64,000 nt of DNA from Macrostomum lignano. Lineage: Eukaryota. Below the pieces are notes generated by a model. The model was not told where the DNA came from. It worked only from the letters and a program-made list of their open reading frames with translations, and searched no databases. Numbering within the stretch: the stretch's first letter is position 1; each line of letters begins with the position of its first letter. The position numbers and the translations under genes are program-made. Shown piece after piece: positions 1 through 13,680 of the stretch. The stretch covers positions 391,950 through 455,949 of the forward strand of contig NIVC01000102.1 of assembly GCA_002269645.1 (NCBI GenBank). Direction: 5' to 3'.

Positions 1-559
1 GGATTCTTGCGGGATTCGAGCATCTTTGACGTAAAAATGTCAGCGGACAGCGGAGAACCGGGGAAAATGTCCCAATCTCTTATGTTGGCAACAAAAGATA
101 TGCTCAACTCTGTAGGGAATTCAGATATAAAAATGCACGATGTGGCTACAGCCGAGGCCTACGTGATGTTTGGGACAAAAGAGAAGCAAGGGATGTTGAC
201 CGGTTCCTGGGGGATTTTCTTTAGCAAAAAACCATGATGTTTCTCGATGAAAAGCCATGCAGGATGCTCCCTCCGGGGGGGGAGGGGCTGCATGGCCCTC
301 AGGGTTCTCCGCATGCAGCATCGTTGCTGCCCCACCCACCCACCCCCCCCCCTACTCAAATTCTCTCGGTTCCAGGAAACAGAAAAATCCACTGGCAAAC
401 ACGGGGTTGAAAACGCCGAGTATTCTTCTAGCAGTGGCGCCTCTGCCTTCTTGAATTGATTAGATCCGTTAAATCTACTTGAATTTGATAACGACAAATC
501 AAATCTTCTATTTTGGTGCCAATTTAAACTGCTATAGTTGGCACTCAATTAAACAAATT

Positions 560-660
560 TTTGACGCCAAATTAAATAATATTTGGGCTCGTAATTTTAC
601 CGTAAGTTAAACAAATGTTTTGGCGCCAAAATAAATTTAATATTTTGGGGTTTAATTTAT
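560..660. repeat. Dispersed AT-rich repeat with tttggcgccaaa cores; second copy at about 1630-1760
   Basis: Cores ttttggcgccaaa/tttgacgccaaa followed by aatatttgg occur at both sites, flanking the LINE remnant. Confidence 0.5.
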
Positions 661-700
661 ACCTAGTAATAGTTATAGGTAATATACCTAGAAATACCTA

Positions 701-1099
701 GTGAAAAAGCACCTCAAGATACACAGAGAAAGAGAACTTAGCCAAAAGCTAGAGAATCAGCAACATATTAAACTCTACAAAAACGCCTATCTCTACAAAA
801 AAATCTGCAGGCCCGACCTTTCAGATTTCTTTCCATGTACATTTAGAAACAAAAAATTCTTAACAACCCTCCTAAAACTGAAATGCGAGATTACACCCAA
901 CTTTTTTTCTCAAGAACCATGTAAAATGTGTGGAGCGCGAAATGGTTCTGACATTCTACACTACTTGACCGAATGTCCACAAACTGAAGAGATCAGGAAA
1001 AAATACTTCTGTCAATACCTCTTAAATAGCAATCAAATACACAAGATAGGATATGCTACAAATGAAAAGAGTCAGAAAAGAACTCACTGGTGTACCTAA
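701..1099 (+). mobile_element. 5'-truncated non-LTR retrotransposon (ORF2 C-terminal remnant)
   Basis: ORF contains CKMCGARNGSDILHYLTECP, fitting the CxxC..(D/E)xxHxLxxC motif at the C-terminus of LINE ORF2 proteins; no RT core present. Confidence 0.55.
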
Positions 1100-2194
1100 A
1101 ATATATAAAGTCATGAATAGCTAAAACAGTTAAACAAACTGAATCAGATACATTAGCAGTGTAACAAATCCACTTTTCAGTTGTTTATTCATTTACTGTC
1201 TTTTTTAATTTCCAATAATTAAATCGTCGTTATTCGTTAAACGTAAAGTTCTTTCGAAGTATTGTTTATGTTCGTTTTTCACGCTTTGAAATATCACGCG
1301 CTTTCAAAAATACTACATCTTTTTTTTACAAACTCGCTTACCAAAGTAATCTCGCAATTAAAGCTATACCTCGTAATTTGTACTCATTTTTGTATTAATA
1401 TTTATACTCGTAGTTAGTTGTTAGTCGTCACTTTTCGTTCAAAAATACCGTAAAAATTCTGGCGCGCTTTCAAATACTTTATCTTTTACAATAACTCGGC
1501 AAATCGTCGTCAAATCGTCTTTATAAACTCCTATTGCGAAAATTTTTCCAAATACATAGCTCTATAATATATTGGCCAAACAGGCTAATTGCCTGAGCCA
1601 AATTCTCTTACTTACTACTACTTAATTTAACCTTAAGTTAAACTAATATTTTTGGCGCCAAATTCAAAATATTTGGCCCTTAATCTACCCGTAATATTTT
1701 GGCGCCGAATTAAAATAATAGTTTTATTTTGCTATTTTGTCGCCAAATAATTTAGGATTATTTTTGCGTTAAATTAAAATTCACTCTATTTTCACATATT
1801 TTCCCGAAAAGAGCTGACCGGCCCAGCACTGGCACGTCTGAACTCGAAAAAAAGTAAAATTAGTAAAACCGACCAGCTCTGGCGGCATTCCGTGACCAGT
1901 TAAAAACTGAGGGCAAAAGTGAAGAGCGAAAATAATTGAGAAGATCAGAGAGGGCCGGAAGTTGAAATTCAGAGTAGCACCGAGTTGGACAGGAAGTGAA
2001 GATTTGGTTATAAAGTAGCTGATAAACTATTCCGATTTTTACTGCTTAGACAGTTTTTGAGTCTGAATTGAAAACCAGAGAAAAGAAGTCAGAAAAGAGG
2101 TTTCCAAGCTGAGTGGACTGACTTTTGTGTGTTTCACAAAAATGGGTTTCGGTCTCCCTTTCTCCTTCAATCTTAATCCACTTATTCCAACTCT

Positions 2195-3105
2195 CACTAT
2201 CCCCTCTCTCCCTCTCTCCCTTCTCTCCCTCCTCTATCTCCCTTCTTTCCCTATCTCCCTTCTTTCCCTATCTCCCTTCTCTCCCTATCTCCCTTCTCTC
2301 CCTATCTCCCTTCTCTCCCCTATCTCCCTTCTCTCCCTATCTCCCTTCTCTCCCTATCCCCCTTCTCTCCTCTCTCCCTTCTCTCCCTCCTCTATCTCCC
2401 TTCTTTCCCTATCTCCCTTCTCTCCCTATCTCCCTTCTCTCCCTATCCCCCTTCTCTCCTCTCTCCCTTCTCTCCCTCCTCTATCTCCCTTCTTTCCCTA
2501 TCTCCCTTCTCTCCCTATCTCCCTTCTCTCCCTATCTCCCTTCTCTCCCTATCTCCCTTCTCTCCCTATCTCCCTTCTCTCCCTATCCCCCTTCTCTCCT
2601 CTCTCCCTTTCTCTCCCTCCTCTATCTCCCTTCTTTCCCTATCTCCCTTCTTTCCCTATCTCCCTTCTCTCCCTATCTCCCTTCTCTCCTTATCCCCCTT
2701 CTCTCCCTATCCCCCTTCTCTCCCTATCCTCCTTCTCTCCCTATCTCCCTTCTCTCCCTATCTCCCTTCTCTCCCTATCCCCCTTCTCTCCCTATCTCCC
2801 TTCTCTCCCTATCCCCCTTCTCTCCCTATCTCCCCCTCGCCCTCTCTCCCCTCTTTTGACCTCTCTTCCAACTCTTCCCTCTCTTCCTCTCCCTTCTCCT
2901 CCTCTCTCCCGTTTCTCCCTATATCCCACCCTCTCCCATCTCTTTTCTCTCCTCTTTATCATCCTCTCTCCTCTCTCACTTCTCGCCTCTGTATCCCCTC
3001 TCTCTCCCGTCACCCTCTCTCGCATCTCTCCTCTCTCCTCTGTATCATCTCTCCCCTCTATTCCTATCATTTCCCTCTTCACTCTCTCCCCCTCTCTTAT
3101 TGTGA
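2195..3105. repeat. CT-rich minisatellite (17-bp unit ctcccttctctccctat, degenerating)
   Basis: Direct reading; explains the low-complexity S/L/P ORFs. Confidence 0.95.
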
Positions 3106-3544
3106 CCCATCGCAAGCTCAAGGACCACTAGAATTTACCGTTGTAGCAGAATAAGACATAAAATGTTTCTTAAGTCTAAATAAAAGAGATTTACCCAATC
3201 AAAACGTACCGATCGTAAATGCATATCAAATTTCTTCAATGAGGAGGGGGTTGGGCTCAGGCTTTTTCGTAGCGGAGAGGTTTTCATTTGTATATACGTG
3301 TAGGGTTACGTCGATCGGTGAGCTATTAATTAATGCACATGCCATGTCGCTTCGTCCCACTAAATCTATCTATTGATAATAATATATACTAATGTTGTAA
3401 TTGAAGGCGAAATGCACTGCTTGAAAAAAGCACTGGGGGGGGGGAATCATGGACACACCAATTTTGAAGCTATCGTGGCTCAAAGCTATTTTAGGTGTCT
3501 TTAAAAACACTTACTAACGATTGCTAAATCTACGAGTATTGCTG

Positions 3545-3965
3545 CGCTCTCCCGTCTCCTCTCTCCTCTCCCCCCTCTCCCCTTCTACCCTCTCTCTACC
3601 GCTCCCCTCTCCTCTCTCTTCGCTTTCTTCCCTTCTCTCTACCTCTCCTCTCTCCTCTCTCCTCTCTCCCCCTCCACCCCTCCCCTTCTTCCCTCTCTCC
3701 CCCTCTCCCCTTCTCCCCCTCTCCCTTTTCTCCCCCCTCTCCCCTTTCTCTACCTCTCTCCTTTTCCTCTCTCCTCTCTCCCCTCTCCTCTCTCCATTTA
3801 TTCTCTCCCCTCTCCTCTCTCCCCTCTCCTCTCTCCCCTCTCCTCTCTCCTCTCTCCCCCTCTCCCCATCTCGCTTACTCCCCCTCCCCTCTTCTCTCTC
3901 TTCCCCTCTCCTCTCTTCTCTCTTCCCTCTTCCCTGTATCTTTCTTCCCTATTTACTTCTCCCCT
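3545..3965. repeat. CT-rich low-complexity tract
   Basis: Near-pure pyrimidine strand of ctctc/cccctct units. Confidence 0.9.
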
Positions 3966-4544
3966 CACTTCAACGACACGTAGCTCCATCTCCAGCTCCA
4001 TGAAATTAAAAAATGAGTTTATTTTGGCAAATATTCCCCAGCTGCTATAATCAACCGCAGCCCAGAATGCCCCAGTTAATTCGGCCGGCTTTCCCCAATA
4101 GTAAAGGAAGTGCAGCAGCAGAGCCTGAAGCAGTTAAGTGCAGACGAAGCCATCGGTGTGAAGCTCCAATCACTGACGACCCGACAGAGATGGCAGCTGC
4201 CCTGCATCCACACTTCAGTTTTTCGGCTGATGTGTGCTCAGCAAAGTAAGTGGCGAGGTGCGGGAGAGAGAGAGAGAGGTTTTTTGAGTGGAGGCAAAAC
4301 TTACTGGCCATAAATAATTAATACTAATAATGTTTTCTAAGAAAGCTAATCCGCTTCCTCAGCCCCTCCCGAATCCTCGTGGCTCTGCAGAGAGTTTGCT
4401 CAAAACTGTTTGCTCAACAAGAGGCGAGAGCATCGATTCAGTTTTTTTAAACAATGAAGTCTGCTTCTTGTTTTTGCAATCGCTTTTTTGACTTTAAGTA
4501 GGATGGCTGGAGTAATTTTATTTTTGAAAATCCCGATTCCACAT

Positions 4545-4780
4545 CTCTCACCTGCATCTCACCCCATCTCTCACGTGAATCTCAACCCATCTCTCACCTG
4601 AATCTCACCCCATCTCTCACCTGCATCTCAACCCATCTCTCACCTGAATCTCAACCCATCTATCACCTGAATCTCAACCAATCTCTCACTTGAATCTCAA
4701 CCCATCTCTCACCTGAATCTCAACCCAAATCTCACCTGAATCTCAACAAATCTCTCACCTGCATCTCAACCCATCTCTCA
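4545..4780. repeat. 23-bp minisatellite (catctctcacctgaatctcaacc)
   Basis: About 10 tandem units. Confidence 0.9.
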
Positions 4781-4789
4781 CAAGCAGAA

Positions 4790-4817
4790 AGACAGACACA
4801 GACAAACAGACAGACAC

Positions 4818-4904
<87 letters not shown>

Positions 4905-4911
4905 GTCAGTC

Positions 4912-4944
<33 letters not shown>

Positions 4945-5025
4945 GGCAGGCAGGCAGACAGACAGACAGACAGACAGACAGACAGGCAGGCAGGCAGACA
5001 GACAGACAGACAGACAGACAGGCAG
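4790..5025. repeat. (CAGA)n microsatellite
   Basis: Direct reading. Confidence 0.97.
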
Positions 5026-5619
5026 ACCCATTCACAAGAAAAAGCATTTATCTCAAGCAAGCACCCGCCCGGCAAAGCTGACTAGAAGCAGAGCTGGAGC
5101 CCCGCCAGCGGCAGCAATAATTCGATTAAAAAGGCCGAGGTTCGACCGCACCAATTAAAAATCGTTCATTTCACCACTCGAGCCGGCCAAAAGTCGGTCA
5201 TGCAAGGCAAATCTACCCAGAGACATCCCGCTGTGCCACTGAGAGCCACTTCACGAGTAGCCCTGGCCGTGTTTTACCAGAGCAAGTCCGCCTGCACTTT
5301 CCAGCAGCTCAGCAAGCCCCAGAGGCAACACCCAGCACCATCCAATCCCATAATTTCAGCAGACTATAAGCGTGAGGTCAGTCATTGCTTGCCCCCCGTA
5401 TAATTTGCTAATCGACCAGAGAGAGCTCGGGCACACTTGAAAGATTGAAAAGCAGTGCAGAGTCTGCAGACATGGACTGCCTGCAGAGTGGAACTGTGAG
5501 GAACAGGGGAAGCAGTGATGGCGCAAAAGGAACAAAAGGGGATCAAAGAGGCTCAGAAAGAATGCAGAGGGGACAGAAGGAACGAGAAAAGGCAGAGGGG
5601 GCAGATGAGGCACGTGGGC

Positions 5620-6130
5620 AGCGGGGGCAGGGCAGAGGGGCAGAGGGGGCAGAGGGGGCAGGGGGGCAGAGGGGGCAGGGGGGCAGAGGGGCGGAGGGGC
5701 AGAGGGACGGAGGGGGCAGGGCAGAGGGGCGGAGGGGGCAGGGCAGAGGGGGCAGAGGGGCAGAGGGGCAGAGGGGCAGAGCCGGCAGAGGGGCAGAGGG
5801 GGCAGAGGGGCAGAGGGGCAGAGGGGCGGAGGGGGCAGGGCAGAGGGGGCGGAGGGGGCAGGGCAGAGGGGGCAGAGGGGCAGAGGGGCAGAGGGGCAGA
5901 GGGCAGAGGGGCAGAGGGGGCGGAGGGGGCAGGGCAGAGGGGCGGAGGGGCAGGGCAGAGGGGGCGGAGGGGGCAGGGCAGAGGGGGCGGAGGGGCAGGG
6001 GGGGCAGAGGGGCAGAGGGGCAGAGGGGGCGGAGGGGGCAGAGGGGCAGAGGGCAGAGGGGCAGAGGGGGCGGAGGGGGCAGGGCAGAGGGGGCGGAGGG
6101 GGCAGGGCAGAGGGGGCGGAGGGGGCAGAC
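5620..6130. repeat. G-rich repeat (ggggcaga/gggcggag units)
   Basis: Direct reading; source of G/R/A-rich spurious ORFs. Confidence 0.95.
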
Positions 6131-6719
6131 AGATAAAACAGGTGATAGAAGAGAAGGATGGAGTCACCCAGAGCAGATCCCCATGGCCAATGTCATTAGT
6201 AGAGCTTAGCGTATTTAATAAAAACGTTCACAGAGCAACTGGAGATGTTCAAAAAAGTTGATGAAGCCAATGACTCTCAAAGATCGTCTCCACACCGTCT
6301 CTCATCGAAATTCGCTAATAAAGCCCCCATCTCGACCCCCATCCTCCCCAGACTCTAATTGGGATTTCTGCCTCGCGGAAGATGACGGCTTGCAGGGATT
6401 CCTTCCTGATCAGAACAGTAATCACACGCTGGAGCAGCCCTGCGCTGAAGGTGCTGGCAGCTGAAGTAATTTTCATATTTTTAGACTCAGCCTCGCTTGT
6501 TAAAGAAGAAAAACAACCTGGCAACGGAGGCTGGTAAATAGTTGCCGGGTTTGGCTATGAGGCAGCTGCAGCTGTTTCAAACTGCTCTGCTACACGCTGG
6601 GTTGCCATTCTTTTATTTACAGTTAGCAGACAGGCATACTGTATAATCATTAAGATAAAAGGACTTGAAAATACGCATGTACATCGATTTTACACATAGA
6701 TTAAACACTTGGAAATGCA

Positions 6720-8475
6720 AACACATAGACATGCAGACACATTGACATGCAGACACATTGACATGCAGAGACAGACATGCAGACACATAGACATACAGAC
6801 ATAGAAATACAGACACATTGAAATACAGACACATAAACATGCAGACACAGACATGCAGACATAGACATGCAAACACATAGACATGCAGACATAGACATGC
6901 AGACACATAGACACACAGACATGCAGACATAGACATGCAGACACATAGACACACAGACATGCAGACATAGACATGCAAACACAGACATGCAGACACATAA
7001 ACATACAGACACAGTGACACACAGACATGCAGACACATAGACATACAGACATAGACATGCAGACACAGACATGCAGACACATAAACATACAGACACAGTG
7101 ACACACAGACATGCAGACACATAGACATACAGACAGACATGCAGACACAGACATGCAGACACAGACATGCAGACACATAAACATACAGACACAGTGACAC
7201 ACAGACATGCAGACACATAGACATACAGACACAGTGACACACAGACATGCAGACACATAGACATACAGACATAGACATGCAGACACAGACATGCAGACAC
7301 ATAGACATAAAGACATAAGCATGCAGACACAGACATGCAGACACATAGACATACAGACATAGACATGCAGACACAGACATGCAGACACATAGACATACAG
7401 ACACACAGATATGCAGACACAGACATGCAGACACACAGACATGCAGACACACAGACATGCAGACACATAGACATACAGACATAGACATGCAGACACAGAC
7501 ATGCAGACACATAGACATACAGACACAGTGACACACAGACATGCAGACACATTGACATGTATACACATAAACATACAGACACAGTGACACACAGACATGC
7601 AGACACATAGACATACAGACATAGACATGCAGACACAGACATGCAGACACATAGACATACAGACACACAGACATGCAGACACAGACATGCAGACACACAG
7701 ACATGCAGACACACAGACATGCAGACACATAGACATACAGACATAGACATGCAGACACAGACATGCAGACACATAGACATACAGACACAGTGACACACAG
7801 ACATGCAGACACATTGACATGTATACACATAAACATACAGACACAGTGACACACAGACATGCAGACACATAGACATACAGACATATGAATGCAGACACAG
7901 ACATGCAGACACATAGACATACAGACATAGACATGCAGACACAGACATGCAGACACATATGGACATACAGACATAGACATGCAGACACAGACATGCAGAC
8001 ACATAGACATACAGACACACAGACATGCAGACACAGACATGCAGACACACAGCCATGCAGACACACAGACATGCAGACACATAGACATACAGACATAGAC
8101 ATGCAGACACAGACATGCAGACACATAGACATACAGACACAGTGACACACAGACATGCAGACACATTGACATGTATACACATAAACATACAGACACAGTG
8201 ACACACAGACATGCAGACACATAGACATACAGACATAGACATGCAGACACAGACATGCAGACACATAGACATAAAGACATAAGCATGCAGACACAGACAT
8301 GCAGACACATAGACATACAGACATAGACATGCAGACACAGACATGCAGACACATAGACATACAGACATAGACATGCAGACACAGACATGCAGACACATAG
8401 ACATACAGACATAGACATACAGACATAGACATGCAGACACAGACATGCAGACACATAGACATACAGACACATATA
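6720..8475. repeat. Complex AC-rich satellite (gacacagacatgca/gacatagacataca units)
   Basis: Direct reading; all three minus frames are open with C/V/M/L-only ORFs. Confidence 0.97.
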
Positions 8476-9084
8476 TGCAAACACTGGCAAAATAATGATT
8501 TCCCTATTTAATCTAATTGATTGAATTCTACAAATCCGATGAATTACAAATTAAGAGCAAAGATTTCAGAACAGGGAAAGGAATCGAGCCGCTCACATGC
8601 CGCCCCCCAGGAGAAGACTAGAGCTGAGACTGGCCCCTAAGCGCCGATACAATCTCCTCAGAATGATAATTAGAATTAGGGAGAGAAAGAGGATCCCCGC
8701 CTGCCCCCAAGCTCAGATCGAAACCTGAGAAGGATTGGAGGGGAGATGATGGGGAGCTGTTATCCCAACCGGCATCGGGGCAATCAATCACCGCGTTGCA
8801 GTTTCAAGATCGATTCCCCTAACCCCCCCTCGCCTTCCATGCGGGATTTCTAGGCCGGAAATGAGCTTTGATACCCCTCAAAAACTGCTGCTGCTGCTGC
8901 AACTCAGATCTGTAAACTCTGGGACATCGGCAGGCAGCAAGTATATCTTGTGTGTCGCCTCTCAAACCCCAGGGCGATTTTCAAATACCAATAGAATTCG
9001 AAAATGAGGCCTGTCAAGATGACTAATGTCATATATGGTTCTCTTCTTCTCAACTCAGTTCTTAGAAGTTTATGATTCTTATTC

Positions 9085-9500
9085 TAGGATGAGATGGGGG
9101 TGAGATTGGGTAAGATTGGGGTGAGTTTGAGGATGAGATAAGGGTGAGATAGGAGATGAGATTGTGGTGAGATTGGAGATGAAGTCGGGGTGAGAATTGA
9201 GGATAAGATCAGGTTGAGAATTAGGAATGAGATCGGACTAAGATTGAAGATGATTTTGGGGTGAGATTGGAGATTAAATTGGGGTGAGTTTAAGAATGAG
9301 ATCAGGTTGAGTATTTTGGGATGAGATCGGGTGAGATTATAGATTTAATTGGGGTGAGATAGGAGATGAGATTGGGGTGAGTTTGAAGATGAGATCGGAC
9401 TGAGATTAAAGACGAGATTGGAGATGAGATAGGAGATGAGACTATGGATGAGACAGAAGTGAGATAAGTGATGAGATTAATGAGATCAGTTTGAGATTAA
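9085..9500. repeat. Degenerate ggggtgagatt repeat
   Basis: 11-12 bp units; resembles the reverse complement of the 4545-4780 repeat. Confidence 0.75.
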
Positions 9501-9613
9501 AATGAAATTTATCATGATTAATCAAGATGTACATGAGGTGAGGAATCAATTTTGGAGTAAAAATCCATTTGGTGTCAAGAATTGCAGGTAAGAAAATCAG
9601 CAGAGGCTCTCAC

Positions 9614-9996
9614 CCAGCAGACAGGTTGTAAAAGTAAGGATTCATATAGTAGTTTAGATAGTAGGGGTCCACAGTGCTCATCTTGGGCCTGCCGTTCTCC
9701 CTAGCCGGCTGACCTCGCACAGTGTTGAACCACTTGATGTCCTCGTAGAGAACCACATTGGAGACCCTGTTCAGCAGGTGATGGTAGCGATCGCTCTGTT
9801 GAATGGTTTTCCAAGCCAGGTTGTAGGCTGGCACCAGAGTGGGAGCGCTCAGGTAGTACGCGGTGGACCGGGGCACAACCAGGTACACGCTCAGCTGCCT
9901 GGTACAGTCCATGGCTTCGGCTGCTTCAGTCAGCAGCTGTTGCTTTGGAAACAACGGTAGTGCGAGTGCTACTAGAAGCAGTGACAGTTTCTGCAT
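9614..9996 (-). CDS. First coding exon of a receptor guanylyl cyclase / natriuretic-peptide-receptor-like protein (signal peptide + start of ANF-receptor ligand-binding domain)
   Basis: Hydrophobic N-terminus MQKLSLLLVALALPLF; LSVYLVVPRSTAYYLSAPTLVPAYNLAWKTIQQ resembles NPR LTVAVVLP..SYPWS..RVGPAVELA; phase-2 donor GG|gtgaga at 9613; later exons not identified in window. Confidence 0.6.
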
Positions 9997-10189
9997 GACT
10001 TCTGTTTTACAAATTTCATAAGGGAATAAGCATTAGTGGAATGCGTATTGGGAAGCCATCGTTTAAATGTCTGAATGCAGTCTTGGTGTGAGGAGAGGAG
10101 AGCGTTGGAGTTCAGTGGCCAATGAGATAGCTGCAACACGAGGGTAGCAGATCCAGATTGCTGATTGGCCACAGAAATGATATCAAAGT

Positions 10190-12230
10190 GAACCAGATGA
10201 GATCATAGAAACTGACACGAGATCATAGTGACCCAGATGAGATCATAGAAACTGACACGAGATCATAGTGACCCAGATGAGATCATAGAAACTGACACGA
10301 GATCATAGTGACCCAGATGAGATCATAGAAACTGACACGAGATCATAGTGACCCAGATGAGATCATAGAAACTGACACGAGATCATAGTGACCCAGATGA
10401 GATCATAGAAACTGATACGAGATCATAGTGACCCAGATGAGATCATAGTGACCTAGATGAGATCATAGAAACTGACACGAAATCATAGTGACCCAGATGA
10501 GATCATAGTGACCTAGATGAGATCATAGAAACTGACACGAGATCATAGTGACCCAGATGAGATCATAGTGACCTAGATGAGATCATAGAAACTGACACGA
10601 AATCATAGTGACCCAGATGAGATCATAGTGACCCAGATGAGATCATAGAAACTGACACGAGATCATAGTGACCCAGATAAGATCATAGAAACTGACACGA
10701 GATCATAGTGACCCAGATGAGATCATAGAAACTGACACGAGATCATAGTGACCCAGATGAGATCATAGAAACTGACACAAGATCATAGTGACCTAGATGA
10801 GATCATAGAAACTGATACGAGATCATAGTGACCCAGATGAGATCATAGTGACCTAGATGAGATCATAGAAACTGACACGAAATCATAGTGACCCAGATGA
10901 GATCATAGTGACCTAGATGAGATCATAGAAACTGACACGAGATCATAGTGACCCAGATGAGATCATAGAAACTGACACGAGATCATAGTGACCCAGATAA
11001 GATCATAGAAACTGACACGAGATCATAGTGACCCAGATGAGATCATAGAAACTGACACAAGATCATAGTGACCCAGATGAGATCATAGAAACTGACACGA
11101 GGTCATAGTGACCCAGATGAGATCATAGAAACTGACACGAGATCATATAGTGACCCGGATGAGATCATAGAAACTGACACGAGGTCATAGTGACCCAGAT
11201 GAGATCGTAGAAACTGACACGAGATCATAGTGACCCGGATGAGATCATAGAAACTGACACGAGGTCATAGTGACCCAGATGAGATCATAGAAACTGACAC
11301 GAGATCATATAGTGACCCGGATGAGATCATAGAAACTGACACGAGGTCATAGTGACCCGGATGAGATCATAGTGACCCAGATGAGATCACAGAAACTGAC
11401 ACGAGGTCATAGTGACCCAGATGAGATCATAGTGACCCAGATGAGATCACAGAAACTGACACGAGATCATATAGTGACCCAGATGAGATCATAGAAACTG
11501 ACACGAGATCATAGTGACCCAGATGAGATCGTAGAAACTGACACGAGGTCATAGTGACCCAGATGAGATCATAGAAACTGACACGAGGTCATAGTGACCC
11601 AGATGAGATCATAGAAACTGACACAAGATCATAGTGACCCAGATGAGATCATAGAAACTGGCACGAGATCATAGTGACCCAGATGAGATCATAGAAACTG
11701 ACACAAGATCATAGTGACCCAGATGAGATCATAGAAACTGGCACGAGATCATAGTGACCTATATGAGACCATAGAAACCGACACGAGTCGATCATAGAGA
11801 ATCATACGAGATCAAAATGACCCAAGTGAGATCATAGACTCAAACAAGATCAGAATGACCCAAATGAGATCATAGACTCAAACAAGATCAGAATGACCTA
11901 AATGTGATCATAGACTCACATGAGATCAGAATGAGCCAAATGAGATCATAGACTCAAACAAGATCAGAATGATCCAAATGAGATCATAGACTCACATGAG
12001 ATCAGAATGACCCAAATGAGATCATAGACTCAAACAAGATCAGAATGACCCAAATGAGATCATAGACTCACATGAGATCAGAATGACACAAATTAGATCA
12101 TAGAGACTCACATGAGATCAGAATGACACAAATTAGATCATAGAGACTCACATGAGATCAGAATGACCCAGATGAGATCATCATAGACTCACATGAGATC
12201 AGAATGACCCAGATGAGATCTCATCTCACT
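10190..12230. repeat. Satellite: 40-bp dimeric unit (cccagatgagatcatagaaa + ctgacacgagatcatagtga), switching to a 38-bp unit after about 11800
   Basis: Direct reading. Confidence 0.97.
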
Positions 12231-12769
12231 CGCATCTCCATCCTCTTGCCCTAAGGAGTAACCTACATGCATAGGAAACCCAATTTCCCTTCATTTCTTA
12301 GACTGCACTCAGTGGGCACTATAATTTCCCATAAATTTATGCCAGTCTGCTAGCTAAGACTGCGTAATAGCAGAAGAATATGCGCACCAATGTATCATCA
12401 TGGCAGTCTTATTACTTACTGGCTTAAGACTCGCAGAGGCGCACAAAAGCTGTGATGAATTGCAATCGCCCAGAAAGGCAGTCAACAATATGCTACTGAT
12501 GAAGAGATTTCTTCACCAATTTCAATCGGTCCGAACGCGGCGAAACGCTTTGCGAAATTAAGACATTTACGTGACTTGCTGGCAGCTCAAAGTGAGCGAT
12601 ATCTCAGATTAAATTGAATGCAGAATCGAAGGACTCTTGAATTCAGACTTTCAGCTTCTTTCATCTTATAGAGAGGCAAGTTTTTTATGCACAAAATAGA
12701 TTGATTTTTATATAGTGCTGCTACTCCCACACATTGGTCCTTCATCTTAGCATTCTTCTCCCAAAATGT

Positions 12770-13680
12770 GTCCTTTATCCCTTTCATCCCAGTCTCCCAA
12801 CCGCGTCCTTTATCCCTTTCATCCCAGTCTCCCAACCGCGTCCTTCATCTTTTTCATCCCAGTCTCCAAACCGCGTCCTTTATCCCTTTCATCCCAGTCT
12901 CCCAACCGCGTCCTTCATCTTTTTCATCCCAGTCTCCAAACCGTGTCCTTTATCCCTTTCATCCCAGTCTCCCAACCGCGTCCTTCATCTTTTTCATCCC
13001 AGTCTCCAAACCGTGTCCTTTATCCCTTTCATCCCAGTCTCCCAACCGCGTCCTTCATCTTTTTCATCCCAGTCTCCCAACTGTGTCCTTCGTCCCAGTC
13101 TCCCAACTTTGTCCTTCATCCAGGTCTCCGAACTTTGTCCTTCATCCCAGTCTCCGAACTTTGTCCTTCACCCCAGTCTCTGAACTTTGTCCTTCACCCC
13201 AGTCTCCCAACTGTGTTTTTCATCCCAGTCTCCGAACTTTGTCCTTCATCCCAGTCTCCGAACTTTGTTTTTCATCCCAGTCTCCGAACTTTGTCTTTTA
13301 TCCCAGTCTCCGAACTTTGTCCTTCATCCCAGTCTCCGAACTTTGTTTTTCATCCCAGTCTCCGAACTGTCTTTTATCCCAGTCTCCGAACTTTGTCCTT
13401 CATCCCAGTCTCCCAACTGTGTTTTTCATCCCAGTCTCCGAACTTTGTCCTTCATCCCAGTCTCCCAACTGTGTTTTTCATCCCAGTCTCCCAACTGTGT
13501 CCTTCATCTCCTTCATCCTAGTCTCTCAACTGTGTCCTTTATCTCCTTCATCCCAGTCTCCCAACTGTGTTTTTCATCCCAGTCTCCGAACTTTATCCTT
13601 CATCCCAGTCTCCCAACTGTGTCCTTCATCTCCTTCATCCTAGTCTCTCAACTGTGTCCTTTATCTCCTTCATTCCAGTC
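12770..13680. repeat. Minisatellite, about 26-bp unit with core ttcatcccagtctcc
   Basis: Direct reading. Confidence 0.95.

Noticed and set aside
7-548. Short ORFs at the window start as further guanylyl cyclase exons
   Set aside because: No recognisable motifs or convincing splice pairs
2125-8490. Long ORFs of 100-625 aa (S/L/P-, G/R-, C/V/M-rich)
   Set aside because: Stop-free translations of simple repeats, open in several frames at once
10190-12230. CRISPR-like regular repeat (also 34463-35155, 36465-37700, 41530-42560)
   Set aside because: Head-to-tail units with no unique spacers, no cas genes, eukaryotic context
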